A stretch of 30,874 nt of DNA, from assembly GCA_027031765.1 (NCBI GenBank), contig JALVPN010000151.1:1-30874 (forward strand). Direction: 5' to 3'. Of the stretch, positions 9,419 to 17,991 are shown piece after piece. This DNA comes from Promethearchaeota archaeon. GTDB taxonomy: Archaea; Asgardarchaeota; Thorarchaeia; Thorarchaeales; Thorarchaeaceae. Positions within the stretch are counted from its first letter, which is position 1; the number at the start of each line of letters is the position of its first letter. The position numbers and the translations under genes are program-made. The notes under the pieces are model-generated. The model made no database searches and was not told the origin of the DNA. It saw nothing but the letters and a program-made list of their open reading frames with translations.

Positions 9419-9441
9419 GAGGGCAACCTCGCACCACCTAC

Positions 9442-9459
9442 TTAACAACTGTTAAAAAA
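9442..9459 (-). promoter_or_regulatory. TATA-like element with overlapping 6-2-6 palindrome upstream of iscU
   Basis: Minus strand TTTTTTAA (9459-9452), about 34 nt before the TTG start. Perfect TTAACA-AC-TGTTAA palindrome at 9442-9455. Confidence 0.55.
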
Positions 9460-9558
9460 CGTTCCGGAATGACCGGCCGGCAGCGGGTCGGACAAGGGGT
9501 ATGTCACAACAACAGTAATAGCCTTCACCCAAGCCGGACATGGCGAGAGGAAACAGAG

Positions 9559-10029
9559 ATGTCGACAGCAGCACCCGGTGGCGAGTCAGTTGAGATAGCC
9601 CCGGTACGGATGATACGGGAACGACTTGTTCAGTTCGAGCTCCAAGTCCCAGTGTGGGGCCTCATAGTCTTCACGGTGGACGGCTATATTATCGCCCACA
9701 AGCTGTTCTGTGAAGGGATGCCGACGAACGTCGAGATGGCGGTCTCGAGCCTGTCAGCAGGGCTCATAACGATCTCGGAGGACTTCGTGAGGGTGGTAGA
9801 CCAGACGAAAATGCTCGGCCAGGTCATCGTCGACTCGGAAGACAGTGCAGGAGAGCACGCGTTCTCGATCCTGCTGAAACACATTGCAGAGAACGTCATG
9901 CTGGCATGCATCTTCCCGAGCAGCACACAGCTGGGCCTGTTGACGTTCGAAGTGGAGAACCTGAGCAGGTACATACTTGAGATCGTGAACGAGTGGGATG
10001 TCAAGCTCCACAGTCAGACCATGACGTGA
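9559..10029 (+). CDS. Roadblock/LC7 (MglB/LAMTOR-like) domain protein
   Basis: Pattern helix - VWGLIVFTVDGYIIA - helix VSSLSAGLITISEDF - LGQVIVDS...ILLKHIAENVMLACIF - LGLLTFEV helix, typical of Roadblock folds. ATG 9559 is preceded by GAGAGGA. Confidence 0.7.
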   Translation: MSTAAPGGESVEIAPVRMIRERLVQFELQVPVWGLIVFTVDGYIIAHKLFCEGMPTNVEMAVSSLSAGLITISEDFVRVVDQTKMLGQVIVDSEDSAGEHAFSILLKHIAENVMLACIFPSSTQLGLLTFEVENLSRYILEIVNEWDVKLHSQTMT

Positions 10030-10061
10030 GACCTGACACCTCGTGTGCCGGACGCAAGACC

Positions 10062-10107
10062 ACCTACCTACCTACCCACCTACCTACCTACCTACCTACC
10101 CACCCAC
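10062..10107. repeat. Tetranucleotide microsatellite (ACCY)11
   Basis: ACCT x3, ACCC, ACCT x5, ACCC x2, then AC; intergenic between the Roadblock gene and dinB. Confidence 0.95.
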
Positions 10108-10115
10108 AGGCACCG

Positions 10116-10165
10116 AGGACAGGACGGTACCGGACGGCACCAGGTCAGGACAGGTCAGGACAGGC
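10116..10165. repeat. Degenerate pentamer tandem array
   Basis: AGGAC AGGAC GGTAC CGGAC GGCAC CAGGT CAGGA CAGGT CAGGA CAGGC, including an exact CAGGTCAGGA x2 at 10141-10160. Confidence 0.75.
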
Positions 10166-10315
10166 ACTGACCAGTACCGCGCAGCATGGCATGGTACCCC
10201 GGGTGCAGAATACATTTGGTGACCTCTCCATGCCCCCGGAGTACGACTGACCGGACTGGTATGCTGCATAACCGACTTACAGGGGTACGCAGACCTCTCT
10301 CAGGGTGGTACTGCT

Positions 10316-11410
10316 TTGCGCTGGGTGATGCACGTCGATATGGACGCTTTCTTCGCCTCCGTGGAGCAGTTCAGGAACCACCCGCATCTCCAGGGCCAGC
10401 CCGTCTGCGTGGGGCCAGACCCACGTACTGGTGCAACCCGCGGTGTAGTGAGTACGGCCTCCTACGAGGCCCGTGCCTTTGGTGTCAGGTCGGGCATGCC
10501 GGTCGTGAAGGCGCTGCAGCTCTGCCCCCAAGCGGTGTTCGTAAGGAGTAGCTATGCGCTCTACAGGGAGGCCTCTGATGAGGTGATTGCGGTCCTCCGT
10601 GAGTACGCCGATGGGCAGGGTGTGAGAGTTGCGAGCATTGATGAGGCATACCTTGATGTTACCGATGCGGTCCCACAGTACCCTGCACCAGCCGACCTTG
10701 CACGGGACGTCCAGTCCAGGATCCTAGCTGAGACAAAGCTACCGTGCTCCATTGGCCTTGGCCCGAACATGACAGTGGCCAAGATTGCCACCGGGATGAA
10801 CAAGCCCCGTGGGATAACCGTGGCCCCACAGGGATCTCAGGCCGTGGCCGAGTTCCTCCGCGACCTGCCCGTGAGAGCGATAAGTGGCGTGGGACCTGTC
10901 ACCGCAGACCGGCTCGCACGACATGGGATACATACCATCGGTCAGGTACAGGATACCGACCTCATGGAACTCATGGCCGCCGTGGGTAGGGCGGCGGAGT
11001 GGCTGTGGAAGAGAGCAATGGGGATTGACGACCGGCCGGTGGTCGAGAGTAGCAGTCGCATGCGGAGGTCAATCAGCAGGGAAAGGACACTGACTGAGGA
11101 CATCCCCGGCAACGACCAGCGGCTCAGACGTGTGGTACAGGAACTCTGCAGCATGGTGGCTAGGCGGGTGGCTGATAAGCACCTACGCTTCAAGTGCGTC
11201 ACACTGAAAATCCGCTACAGTGACTTCACGACCGTGCATCGTTCACGGAGCCTGACCGCAGCCACTTCCGATGAGCGTGTGCCGTACAGGGTCGCAGCAG
11301 ACCTGCTGTCAAGACACTGTGACCCGGAAAGACGTGTCCGACAGCTGGGCGTCAGGGTCTCAGAACTCCGGCAGGCCGATGACCAGGCCCTGCTCACGCA
11401 GTTCGTCTGA
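10316..11410 (+). CDS. dinB: Y-family DNA polymerase IV (DinB/Dpo4-like)
   Basis: MHVDMDAFFASVEQ, STASYEARAFGVRSGMP, catalytic SIDEAYLD, AKIATGMNKPRG, and little-finger SISRERTL...VTLKIRYSDF. Confidence 0.95.
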   Translation: MRWVMHVDMDAFFASVEQFRNHPHLQGQPVCVGPDPRTGATRGVVSTASYEARAFGVRSGMPVVKALQLCPQAVFVRSSYALYREASDEVIAVLREYADGQGVRVASIDEAYLDVTDAVPQYPAPADLARDVQSRILAETKLPCSIGLGPNMTVAKIATGMNKPRGITVAPQGSQAVAEFLRDLPVRAISGVGPVTADRLARHGIHTIGQVQDTDLMELMAAVGRAAEWLWKRAMGIDDRPVVESSSRMRRSISRERTLTEDIPGNDQRLRRVVQELCSMVARRVADKHLRFKCVTLKIRYSDFTTVHRSRSLTAATSDERVPYRVAADLLSRHCDPERRVRQLGVRVSELRQADDQALLTQFV

Positions 11411-11633
11411 GGACTGTTGTCTTGCCGGTGTCACTGCCAAGCGGGGGGTGCACATCCACCTGGTCCCTCTGGCACATTGTCCGCCCACGGTCCGGGAGAC
11501 CCCGTGGGCCCGTCAGTCGGGAGGTCAGACAGCGGGACAGCAGACACTTGGGGCGCCCAGGAGGTGGAGCTGGACGACAGGGTGCTCGACCACATCAAAA
11601 CCTAGATATGTAGAGGCAGACCAGGGGCGAGGG

Positions 11634-12341
11634 ATGGACGACCCGGGAGTCAGACAGGCACGGCGCGTGGACAGGCCGAGCCGCCTCCTCGCAAGGGTGG
11701 TACTTGACAGCACGACCGTGGAGGCATTCGTACCGAACCCCGGACGTATGCACGAGCTCATGGTGCCCGGGGCAGAGGTGTTCGTGCGGCATGTGGCGCA
11801 TGCGGGCAGGAGGACAGAGTACGACCTCATTGCGGTCATGCACGGGGGGGTGCTCGTGTCCATAGACTCCAACCTGCCCAACAGGTTCATGAAGCGTATG
11901 CTCACTGAGCACAGACTGGAGCAGCTCACGGGCTATGAGAGGGTGGTACCAGAACCGGAGCTGTTCCATGGGAGGGCTGACTTCAGGCTTGAGGGGAAAG
12001 ACGGCACGGTGCTGATCGAGGTCAAGTCGTGCACGCTCGTGGAGGAGGGTGTCGCACTCTTCCCGGATGCACCAACAACCCGCGGGGCAAGGCACATGAG
12101 AGACCTTGCCAGAGCACTCCACGGTGGTCTGGCCACACGCGCACTGGCAGTGTTCGTCATCCAGAGGCCGGATGCGGCCCTGTTCAGACCAAACGACGCG
12201 ACTGACCCGGCCTTTGGGTCGGCCCTCCGGGAGGCGCACGCCCATGGTGTGGAAATCCTGTCACTGGCAACGAGGCTGAACCACTGGTCCCTGGAGCTGG
12301 TACGTCAGATACCGTACGACCTGAAATACACAGGCGGTTGA
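11634..12341 (+). CDS. sfsA: SfsA-family DNA/RNA nuclease (PD-(D/E)xK fold)
   Basis: PNPGRMHEL, RADF, IEVKSCTL, FPDAPTTRGARH and VFVIQR; 235 aa from ATG 11634. The longer ORF from 11271 overlaps dinB and is not credible. Confidence 0.92.
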   Translation: MDDPGVRQARRVDRPSRLLARVVLDSTTVEAFVPNPGRMHELMVPGAEVFVRHVAHAGRRTEYDLIAVMHGGVLVSIDSNLPNRFMKRMLTEHRLEQLTGYERVVPEPELFHGRADFRLEGKDGTVLIEVKSCTLVEEGVALFPDAPTTRGARHMRDLARALHGGLATRALAVFVIQRPDAALFRPNDATDPAFGSALREAHAHGVEILSLATRLNHWSLELVRQIPYDLKYTGG

Positions 12342-12423
12342 CATGTACTTGCAGGTGGGAACGACCATGCGTTGAAGGGTGGTGTTATAGCACCTGTGCG
12401 CCCAGTACTATCCGTCTACTCCG

Positions 12424-13587
12424 GTGGCCGTGTACATGGTGTTGTCGCGACTCTACCGCGTAGAGCTCCTGCTGCTTGGCGTCATGCTCATGATGCCGTA
12501 CTACGTGGTGGTGACGACCACACCCTCAGGCACCTCGGTCTACCTGCTGGCACTGGCGTGGGAGGCCGGGTCGTCGCCCCTACACGGTACTGTGCCATCA
12601 CACCGGTACCCTGTTTTCCCACCTGTCACCCTCGCAGCCATGGTGCTCGTGCTTCCACTGTACTTCATAGTGCGGGAGGTACGTGCCCCACCACACGAGT
12701 CCCTTGGCACTACAGCAGTCATAGTCAGCACTGTGCTGTGGACCGTCGTCCTGGCCGTCGTCCCGAGACCGCTGTACTGTGACGGCTTCGCAGTACTACC
12801 ACTGGCCGAGTACTGGGTCGTGTTGCCAGACTATGCAGCACTCCTCACTGCGGTGACAGTGGTCACGCCCACGCTCCTGCGGCTAGGGGCCCGTGTCAGC
12901 GAAGCAGAACTTGGTCCTGTACTGCCAGAACAGAGTGCACCACCGGAATGGATGGAGCGGCTGCGTAGACGTGGCGTGTACGTCCTCGTTGCGGTGATGA
13001 TGATAGTACCGGACTTCTTGTCCTCGGCATATGGTAGCACTGTCACCGGTGAGCATGGTCACCTCACGGAAATGGCGGCACTCACGTGGACGCTGAGCGT
13101 CCAGAGCATGATGACATCGCAGGGCCAGGTCACAGTATGGCTCTTGACCCTTGGGCCAGCGGTCGCGATGCCGGCGACCGTGCTGAGATGGGGCCTGTAT
13201 GCCGCAGTGGTGAGAGAGACCGTGCTCTGCACCAAGGGCGAGTCCAGCGTGATACGGGTGGTGGGCCTTGTCTCACTGTCCGTGCTCGTACAGGTGGCCA
13301 GCTCCCTCGCGTACTCCACGCCATCAGGGTCGGGCCAACTGATGGTGCGGCCCGTACCGCTGCCGGCACTCCAAGCTGCAGCCCTCTTCATGGCGGGGCT
13401 GGTACTGTACGTACGGTGGAAGACGAAACGAGCGACGGGCAACGATGTGGTCGAGGTGGTGGTACCATGGGGGCTCCTCGTGAAGTCGTGGTGCCGCAGA
13501 CTACGGCACAGAGTGAAAGAGCATGCAGAGGCAAGACACGATGCCCGAGAGCACAACAGAGATAGTCACGATGATGACGGACAGTGA
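12424..13587 (+). CDS. Uncharacterised polytopic membrane protein (about 8 TM, possible internal duplication)
   Basis: Two hydrophobic blocks of about 4 helices joined by a polar linker, with a charged C-tail. It overlaps the start of the ABC ATPase gene. Confidence 0.7.
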   Translation: MAVYMVLSRLYRVELLLLGVMLMMPYYVVVTTTPSGTSVYLLALAWEAGSSPLHGTVPSHRYPVFPPVTLAAMVLVLPLYFIVREVRAPPHESLGTTAVIVSTVLWTVVLAVVPRPLYCDGFAVLPLAEYWVVLPDYAALLTAVTVVTPTLLRLGARVSEAELGPVLPEQSAPPEWMERLRRRGVYVLVAVMMIVPDFLSSAYGSTVTGEHGHLTEMAALTWTLSVQSMMTSQGQVTVWLLTLGPAVAMPATVLRWGLYAAVVRETVLCTKGESSVIRVVGLVSLSVLVQVASSLAYSTPSGSGQLMVRPVPLPALQAAALFMAGLVLYVRWKTKRATGNDVVEVVVPWGLLVKSWCRRLRHRVKEHAEARHDAREHNRDSHDDDGQ

Positions 13588-14467
13588 GTTGCTACGGCTC
13601 GCGGATGCAGTGGGCGTGCCCATGCCCGGGCGGCGGGTGACAAGAGAGTGGCTTGAGGACGCCGTGCTGGAGGCGGTCTTGGAGCATGGGATGGGGATAG
13701 AGGAAACACCGCAGACCCCACTCACAGACCCGGCCATCGAGGTTGAGGGGATGTCAAAACGCTTTGGGTCACGAGTGGCTGTCCGGGCCCTTGACCTGAG
13801 AGTGAGGCCCGGGGAGATTGTGACGCTGGTCGGCCCAAATGGGGCGGGAAAGACAACGACAATGAGGGTCATCACAGGGATTGTCCGACAAGATGGTGGC
13901 AGGGTAGTGGTCAATGGTCACGACGTGCTCAGAGAGCCAGAGCTGGCAAAACGGGTGGTCGGGTACATCCCAGAACGGCCAGCATGTTACCCGAGCCTTC
14001 GTGTGCACGAGTACCTGACCTTTGTTGCAAGACTGTACGGGACACCCCGGGTGCGGGCCCTACTCCGGATGTCATGGTGCGCAAGGGTGTTCCAGCTCGA
14101 AGAGTACATGGACGCATTCATGGGCACGCTGTCAAAGGGCAACCTCCAGCGGGTCCTCGTGGCCAGCATCCTCGTCAGAGACCCACCCTTCGTCCTCCTG
14201 CTGGACGAACCGATCTACGGCCTCGACCCGAGGGGCGCATGGGCGTTCAAGAACGAGCTCAGGAGGCTCAGGGACGGGGGCTCGGCAGTACTCCTCTCGA
14301 CGCACATACTAGAAGCAGCGGAGGGCATCAGTGACAGGTTGGTGGTCATGAACGAGGGCGAGGTGGTGGGCCGCGGCACCATGGACGAACTGCGCAGTGT
14401 ACACCCCGGTGCTACCACCCTTGAAGAGGTGTTCCTCGAGCTGACCGGCGGGGTCCCGCGTCCGTAG
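13571..14467 (+). CDS. ABC-2-type exporter ATP-binding protein with N-terminal helical extension
   Basis: Walker A GPNGAGKTT, signature LSKGN, Walker B LLLDEP, H-loop LSTH. About 45 extra residues precede the NBD. Start could be 13541, 13571 or 13574. Confidence 0.9.
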   Translation: MMTDSELLRLADAVGVPMPGRRVTREWLEDAVLEAVLEHGMGIEETPQTPLTDPAIEVEGMSKRFGSRVAVRALDLRVRPGEIVTLVGPNGAGKTTTMRVITGIVRQDGGRVVVNGHDVLREPELAKRVVGYIPERPACYPSLRVHEYLTFVARLYGTPRVRALLRMSWCARVFQLEEYMDAFMGTLSKGNLQRVLVASILVRDPPFVLLLDEPIYGLDPRGAWAFKNELRRLRDGGSAVLLSTHILEAAEGISDRLVVMNEGEVVGRGTMDELRSVHPGATTLEEVFLELTGGVPRP

Positions 14468-14486
14468 CGTCCACGGAGGTGACAGT

Positions 14487-16067
14487 GTGACTGGGACGAG
14501 ACCCGTACTGGCCATGGTTGTGAAGGAACAGCTGAACCACCTACGGCGCACCATCACGTCACCCGCCCTGCTCCTGTTCTACACCCTCACGGTGATTGGA
14601 GTATGGGCAGTCAGTTCCCTCGTGGCCGTCCTCGTCGGTCTCGGCCCCGCCCTCGGCAGCCTGGTCAGCCTGTTCGAGGAGTCTGTCGAACGCGACGTGG
14701 TGTTCCTAGCATGTGCTGGTGCGACTGCCACATCTGTCCTTGTCGGACAGTCAGGACATGGGCTGACGTCGCTCCTGAGGCCATACGATGAGAACACCCT
14801 CATGTCAGCGCCAGTCACACCGCGTCAGGTGTTCGTTGCCGGCTATTTCAGGAGGGTCACACGGAGGGGTATGCTGACCGTGCTTGCCATGGGCATACTG
14901 CTACCGCTGCACCAGGTCTCGTGGACCGCGTACTGGAGTGCGGTCACTGTCGTAGGCACCGTTGTCCTACTCCTCGAGTTCAACTATCTCCTTGGTGGGC
15001 TGGCTGCAACGTTGCGGCTGAAACTGGAACGCAGGAGCACACAACGACGGTGGCAACGCGCAGGACTGAGCGGACTGCTCATCATCGTCATGTTGAGTGG
15101 GTCACCAGTGGTCACCGGAATGCGGCCCGCGTGGGCGCTGCCCTACAACGCAGTGGCTGCAATGGTGCTGAAGTTATCGGGAGTCCTCACCGACGGGCCC
15201 ACGGTCATCGAGACCGTTGCCGTAGTGACACTTGGGATCCTTGCGGCACTGTCTGTACTGGCACACAGCCTTGACGCCGGGTTCTACGAGCTCGCCGTGG
15301 TCGGTCGTCAAGAGGAACAGCGTGGGGGGCGTGTGAGCAGGCTGCTACGGGGCGAGGTCGACTTCACACGCTCCCGTGCGAGCGACCCGGTCGTCTGGCT
15401 GATGGCCAAGGACTTCTGGACGGAGATGCGCCGGCCACTCCAAGTGTGGAAGTACATCTATGTTGTCGTTGGGACTGCGCTGTCCGTGGTGCTCAACACG
15501 ACCGATACAATGGCGCTTGGCCGCGTCAGGATTCCCCACGAGCTCGAGTATGCTGCCGTGCCTGCAATGGTGTTCATGTTGGTGCTGGTCGTACAGCTCG
15601 TGAGTGTGGGCTCCCTGCTAGGCTTTGTTGACGAGCGCGACATGATATACCAGCTGCGGGCAAGTCCCCTGAGAGCTGTGGACATAGTCATGGCAAAGTA
15701 CATCCCGAGTGTGGTCGAGGCCACCCTGCTCGTGCTCCCGGCCTGCGGCATGGTAGCATACATCTTCCCGGTCAAGGGCGGTCTCATCCTACTCTCCCTC
15801 TGCGCACCGCTGGTCATCGTGTTCTGTGCAGCCGGCACCATGATAGGGGCGTCAGTCCCTGTGTTCACGGCAGACCCCCGCACGCCCCCCCTGCCACTCG
15901 CACTCGCACTGCCGACCATCAACTTCGTATCCGCAGGCATCGTCATCGGCGTGCTCGTACTTGCAGGGGGCACTGTCCTGGCGCTCGTGGCGCTGCCAGC
16001 AGTGACTGTCAGCCTGACTGCACTGTTCCTCGGACTGGGTGTCCTGTCCCTCAGGCAGTACCGCTAG
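14487..16067 (+). CDS. Putative ABC-2 exporter permease
   Basis: About 12 hydrophobic helices, with SAPVTPRQVF and QLRASPL..DIVMAK motifs typical of double-length ABC-2 permeases. GGAGGTGA SD precedes the GTG start. Confidence 0.8.
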   Translation: MTGTRPVLAMVVKEQLNHLRRTITSPALLLFYTLTVIGVWAVSSLVAVLVGLGPALGSLVSLFEESVERDVVFLACAGATATSVLVGQSGHGLTSLLRPYDENTLMSAPVTPRQVFVAGYFRRVTRRGMLTVLAMGILLPLHQVSWTAYWSAVTVVGTVVLLLEFNYLLGGLAATLRLKLERRSTQRRWQRAGLSGLLIIVMLSGSPVVTGMRPAWALPYNAVAAMVLKLSGVLTDGPTVIETVAVVTLGILAALSVLAHSLDAGFYELAVVGRQEEQRGGRVSRLLRGEVDFTRSRASDPVVWLMAKDFWTEMRRPLQVWKYIYVVVGTALSVVLNTTDTMALGRVRIPHELEYAAVPAMVFMLVLVVQLVSVGSLLGFVDERDMIYQLRASPLRAVDIVMAKYIPSVVEATLLVLPACGMVAYIFPVKGGLILLSLCAPLVIVFCAAGTMIGASVPVFTADPRTPPLPLALALPTINFVSAGIVIGVLVLAGGTVLALVALPAVTVSLTALFLGLGVLSLRQYR

Positions 16068-17991
16068 GCGAGTTGGTAGCAGGGCCGGCACGGACGAGCC
16101 GCATTGCATTTGCCACCACTGCAAGGGTCAGACCGACATCTCCGAACAGGACTGCCACCCACAGGCCCACAAGCCCCGCGATAGACAGGAGTGTGAGTAG
16201 GACCTTGACCGAAAGGGACACCCCGACATTCTGACGCACAACACGCATCGTCCTCCGCGCCCTGTCGATGACAGCAGGGATACGGCGCAGGTCGTCACCC
16301 ATCACCGCCACGTCTGCGGCCTCCAGTGCGATGTCGCTTGATGCAGCACCCAGGGCCACACCCACGTCCGCCGCAGCCAGGGCAGGGGCATCGTTTATCC
16401 CGTCACCGACCATGACCACTGCACCTTCTTTCCTGAGCTGCCTCACCATGGCGACCTTGTCCTCTGGCAGCAGCCCGGCGTAGAACTCTTCAATCCCGAG
16501 GCCCTCAGCAACACGCCTGGCCGTGTGCTCGTTGTCCCCGGTCAGCATGACCGTGCGGATGCCCATCCTGTGCAGGAGCTGGACGGTCTCCCTGCTCTCG
16601 CCACGTGTCTGGTCGCCAAGTATTATTGTGCCAAGGTGTTGGCCATCACGGGCCACGTATACCGAGGTGCCGACACCACACATGTGGTCACGACCCACGG
16701 CCACGTCCTGCTCGTCGAGGAGCCTGAGGTTTCCCACGGCATACCGCTCGTCACCAACGCGTCCAATCATCCCCTTGCCCGGGACGGCCCGGAACTCCGC
16801 CGGTCTGGAAAGAGTGAGGCCCCGCTCACGGCTGTTGTCGGCAATGGCCATAGAAACTGGGTGTTCAGACATCTGACCCAGTGAAGCGGCGGCAGTGAGC
16901 ACCTCATCTTCGGAGCCTGCATCGTGGACACACACGCCCTCCACACCGAGCTGGCCCTGGGTGAGTGTGCCCGTCTTGTCGAAGGCCACAGTCCGTGTCC
17001 TGCTGAGGTGCTCGATGTACTCCGGCCCCTTCACTAGGACGCCAGAGCGGGCAGCCCCACCAAGCGCGCTCACCATGCTCACAGGGATGGAGATTGCAAA
17101 GGCACACGGACACGATATCACGAGCAGGGTCAGGCCCCTGTACACTGCAGCCACGAGGGGCGTGCCCAGGAGTGCCGAGATGGCAGAAACAGAGATGGCA
17201 AGCGCGACCACCACCGGCGTGTACATGTGGGAGACCCGTGACACGAGCAGTTCTGTTGGGGCACGGTGCTCTTCGGTCTCCCTGACGAGCTTGATCGTCC
17301 TTGCCAACACCGTGTCGTCAGACCACCTGGTCACCTCGACCTCCAAGTACCCTTCTTGGTTGAGAGTGCCTGCAAAGACGTCGTCGCCGGGCCCTTTCGT
17401 CACCGGCAAGGACTCGCCTGTGATGGGCGCCTCGTCCACCGAAGACGTGCCCGCCACCACCCGTCCGTCCAGGCCGATGCGTTCACCCGGGCGTACCAAC
17501 ATGACAGAGCCGACCTCGACCTCCTCCACATCCATGCAGACCTCGGCGCCGTCCACCTTGACTGTGACCGTCGGGCGTTCGAGGGCCAGTAGTGACTCAA
17601 TCTCCCTGTGCACCACCCGGTCAGTCCTGTGCTCCAGCAGGTCCGCGATGAAGAACAGGAACATCACTGCGGCACCCTCTGTCGGTGCACCAATGACCAT
17701 GGCGGCAGCAGCCGCAAAGGTCATGAGAAAGTTGGTGTCAAGGTGCAGACGTGCAGCCCCGCGTAGACCACGTGGGATGGTCCACCGGCCCGACACCAGC
17801 ATGGCAACAAGGAGGAATGCATAGGAGTACACGACACCTGCACCCACATACTGACTGAGCAGCCCGAGAAGGAATGCAGTCCCCCCGACCACTGCGACAA
17901 CGTATCGGCTGCGCATGTCCACCGTCCTTTCCCGCTCCTCTTCTCGGGCGCAGTGGGCACACACATGACTGTGACTACCGGCCTCTGACAT
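16051..17991 (-). CDS. Heavy-metal P1B-type ATPase (ZntA/CadA-like, probably Zn/Cd/Pb)
   Basis: TGES, ISCPCA, DKTGTLT, SEHP, MLTGDN and GDGINDAPAL. Lys in TM7 (VSLSVKV) and GD in TM8 fit the P1B-2 subgroup. The 3' end overlaps the permease by 17 nt. Confidence 0.95.
   Translation of the reverse strand: MSEAGSHSHVCAHCAREEERERTVDMRSRYVVAVVGGTAFLLGLLSQYVGAGVVYSYAFLLVAMLVSGRWTIPRGLRGAARLHLDTNFLMTFAAAAAMVIGAPTEGAAVMFLFFIADLLEHRTDRVVHREIESLLALERPTVTVKVDGAEVCMDVEEVEVGSVMLVRPGERIGLDGRVVAGTSSVDEAPITGESLPVTKGPGDDVFAGTLNQEGYLEVEVTRWSDDTVLARTIKLVRETEEHRAPTELLVSRVSHMYTPVVVALAISVSAISALLGTPLVAAVYRGLTLLVISCPCAFAISIPVSMVSALGGAARSGVLVKGPEYIEHLSRTRTVAFDKTGTLTQGQLGVEGVCVHDAGSEDEVLTAAASLGQMSEHPVSMAIADNSRERGLTLSRPAEFRAVPGKGMIGRVGDERYAVGNLRLLDEQDVAVGRDHMCGVGTSVYVARDGQHLGTIILGDQTRGESRETVQLLHRMGIRTVMLTGDNEHTARRVAEGLGIEEFYAGLLPEDKVAMVRQLRKEGAVVMVGDGINDAPALAAADVGVALGAASSDIALEAADVAVMGDDLRRIPAVIDRARRTMRVVRQNVGVSLSVKVLLTLLSIAGLVGLWVAVLFGDVGLTLAVVANAMRLVRAGPATNSPSGTA

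Noticed and set aside
10062-10165. CRISPR array or transposon end at the repeat region
   Set aside because: The units are 4-5 bp and contiguous with no spacers; there are no cas or transposase genes and no terminal inverted repeats.
9993-10250. ORF with repeated TYLPTHLP peptide
   Set aside because: It is simply the translation of the ACCY microsatellite; it overlaps the Roadblock gene and has no SD or domain.
11483-11509. GC-rich hairpin GCCCACGG...CCGTGGGC downstream of dinB
   Set aside because: It has no T-tract and could arise by chance at this GC content.
11271-11633. N-terminal extension of the sfsA ORF and the small ORF 11417-11605
   Set aside because: The extension overlaps the dinB 3' end and has non-protein-like composition. 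SfsA similarity starts only after ATG 11634.
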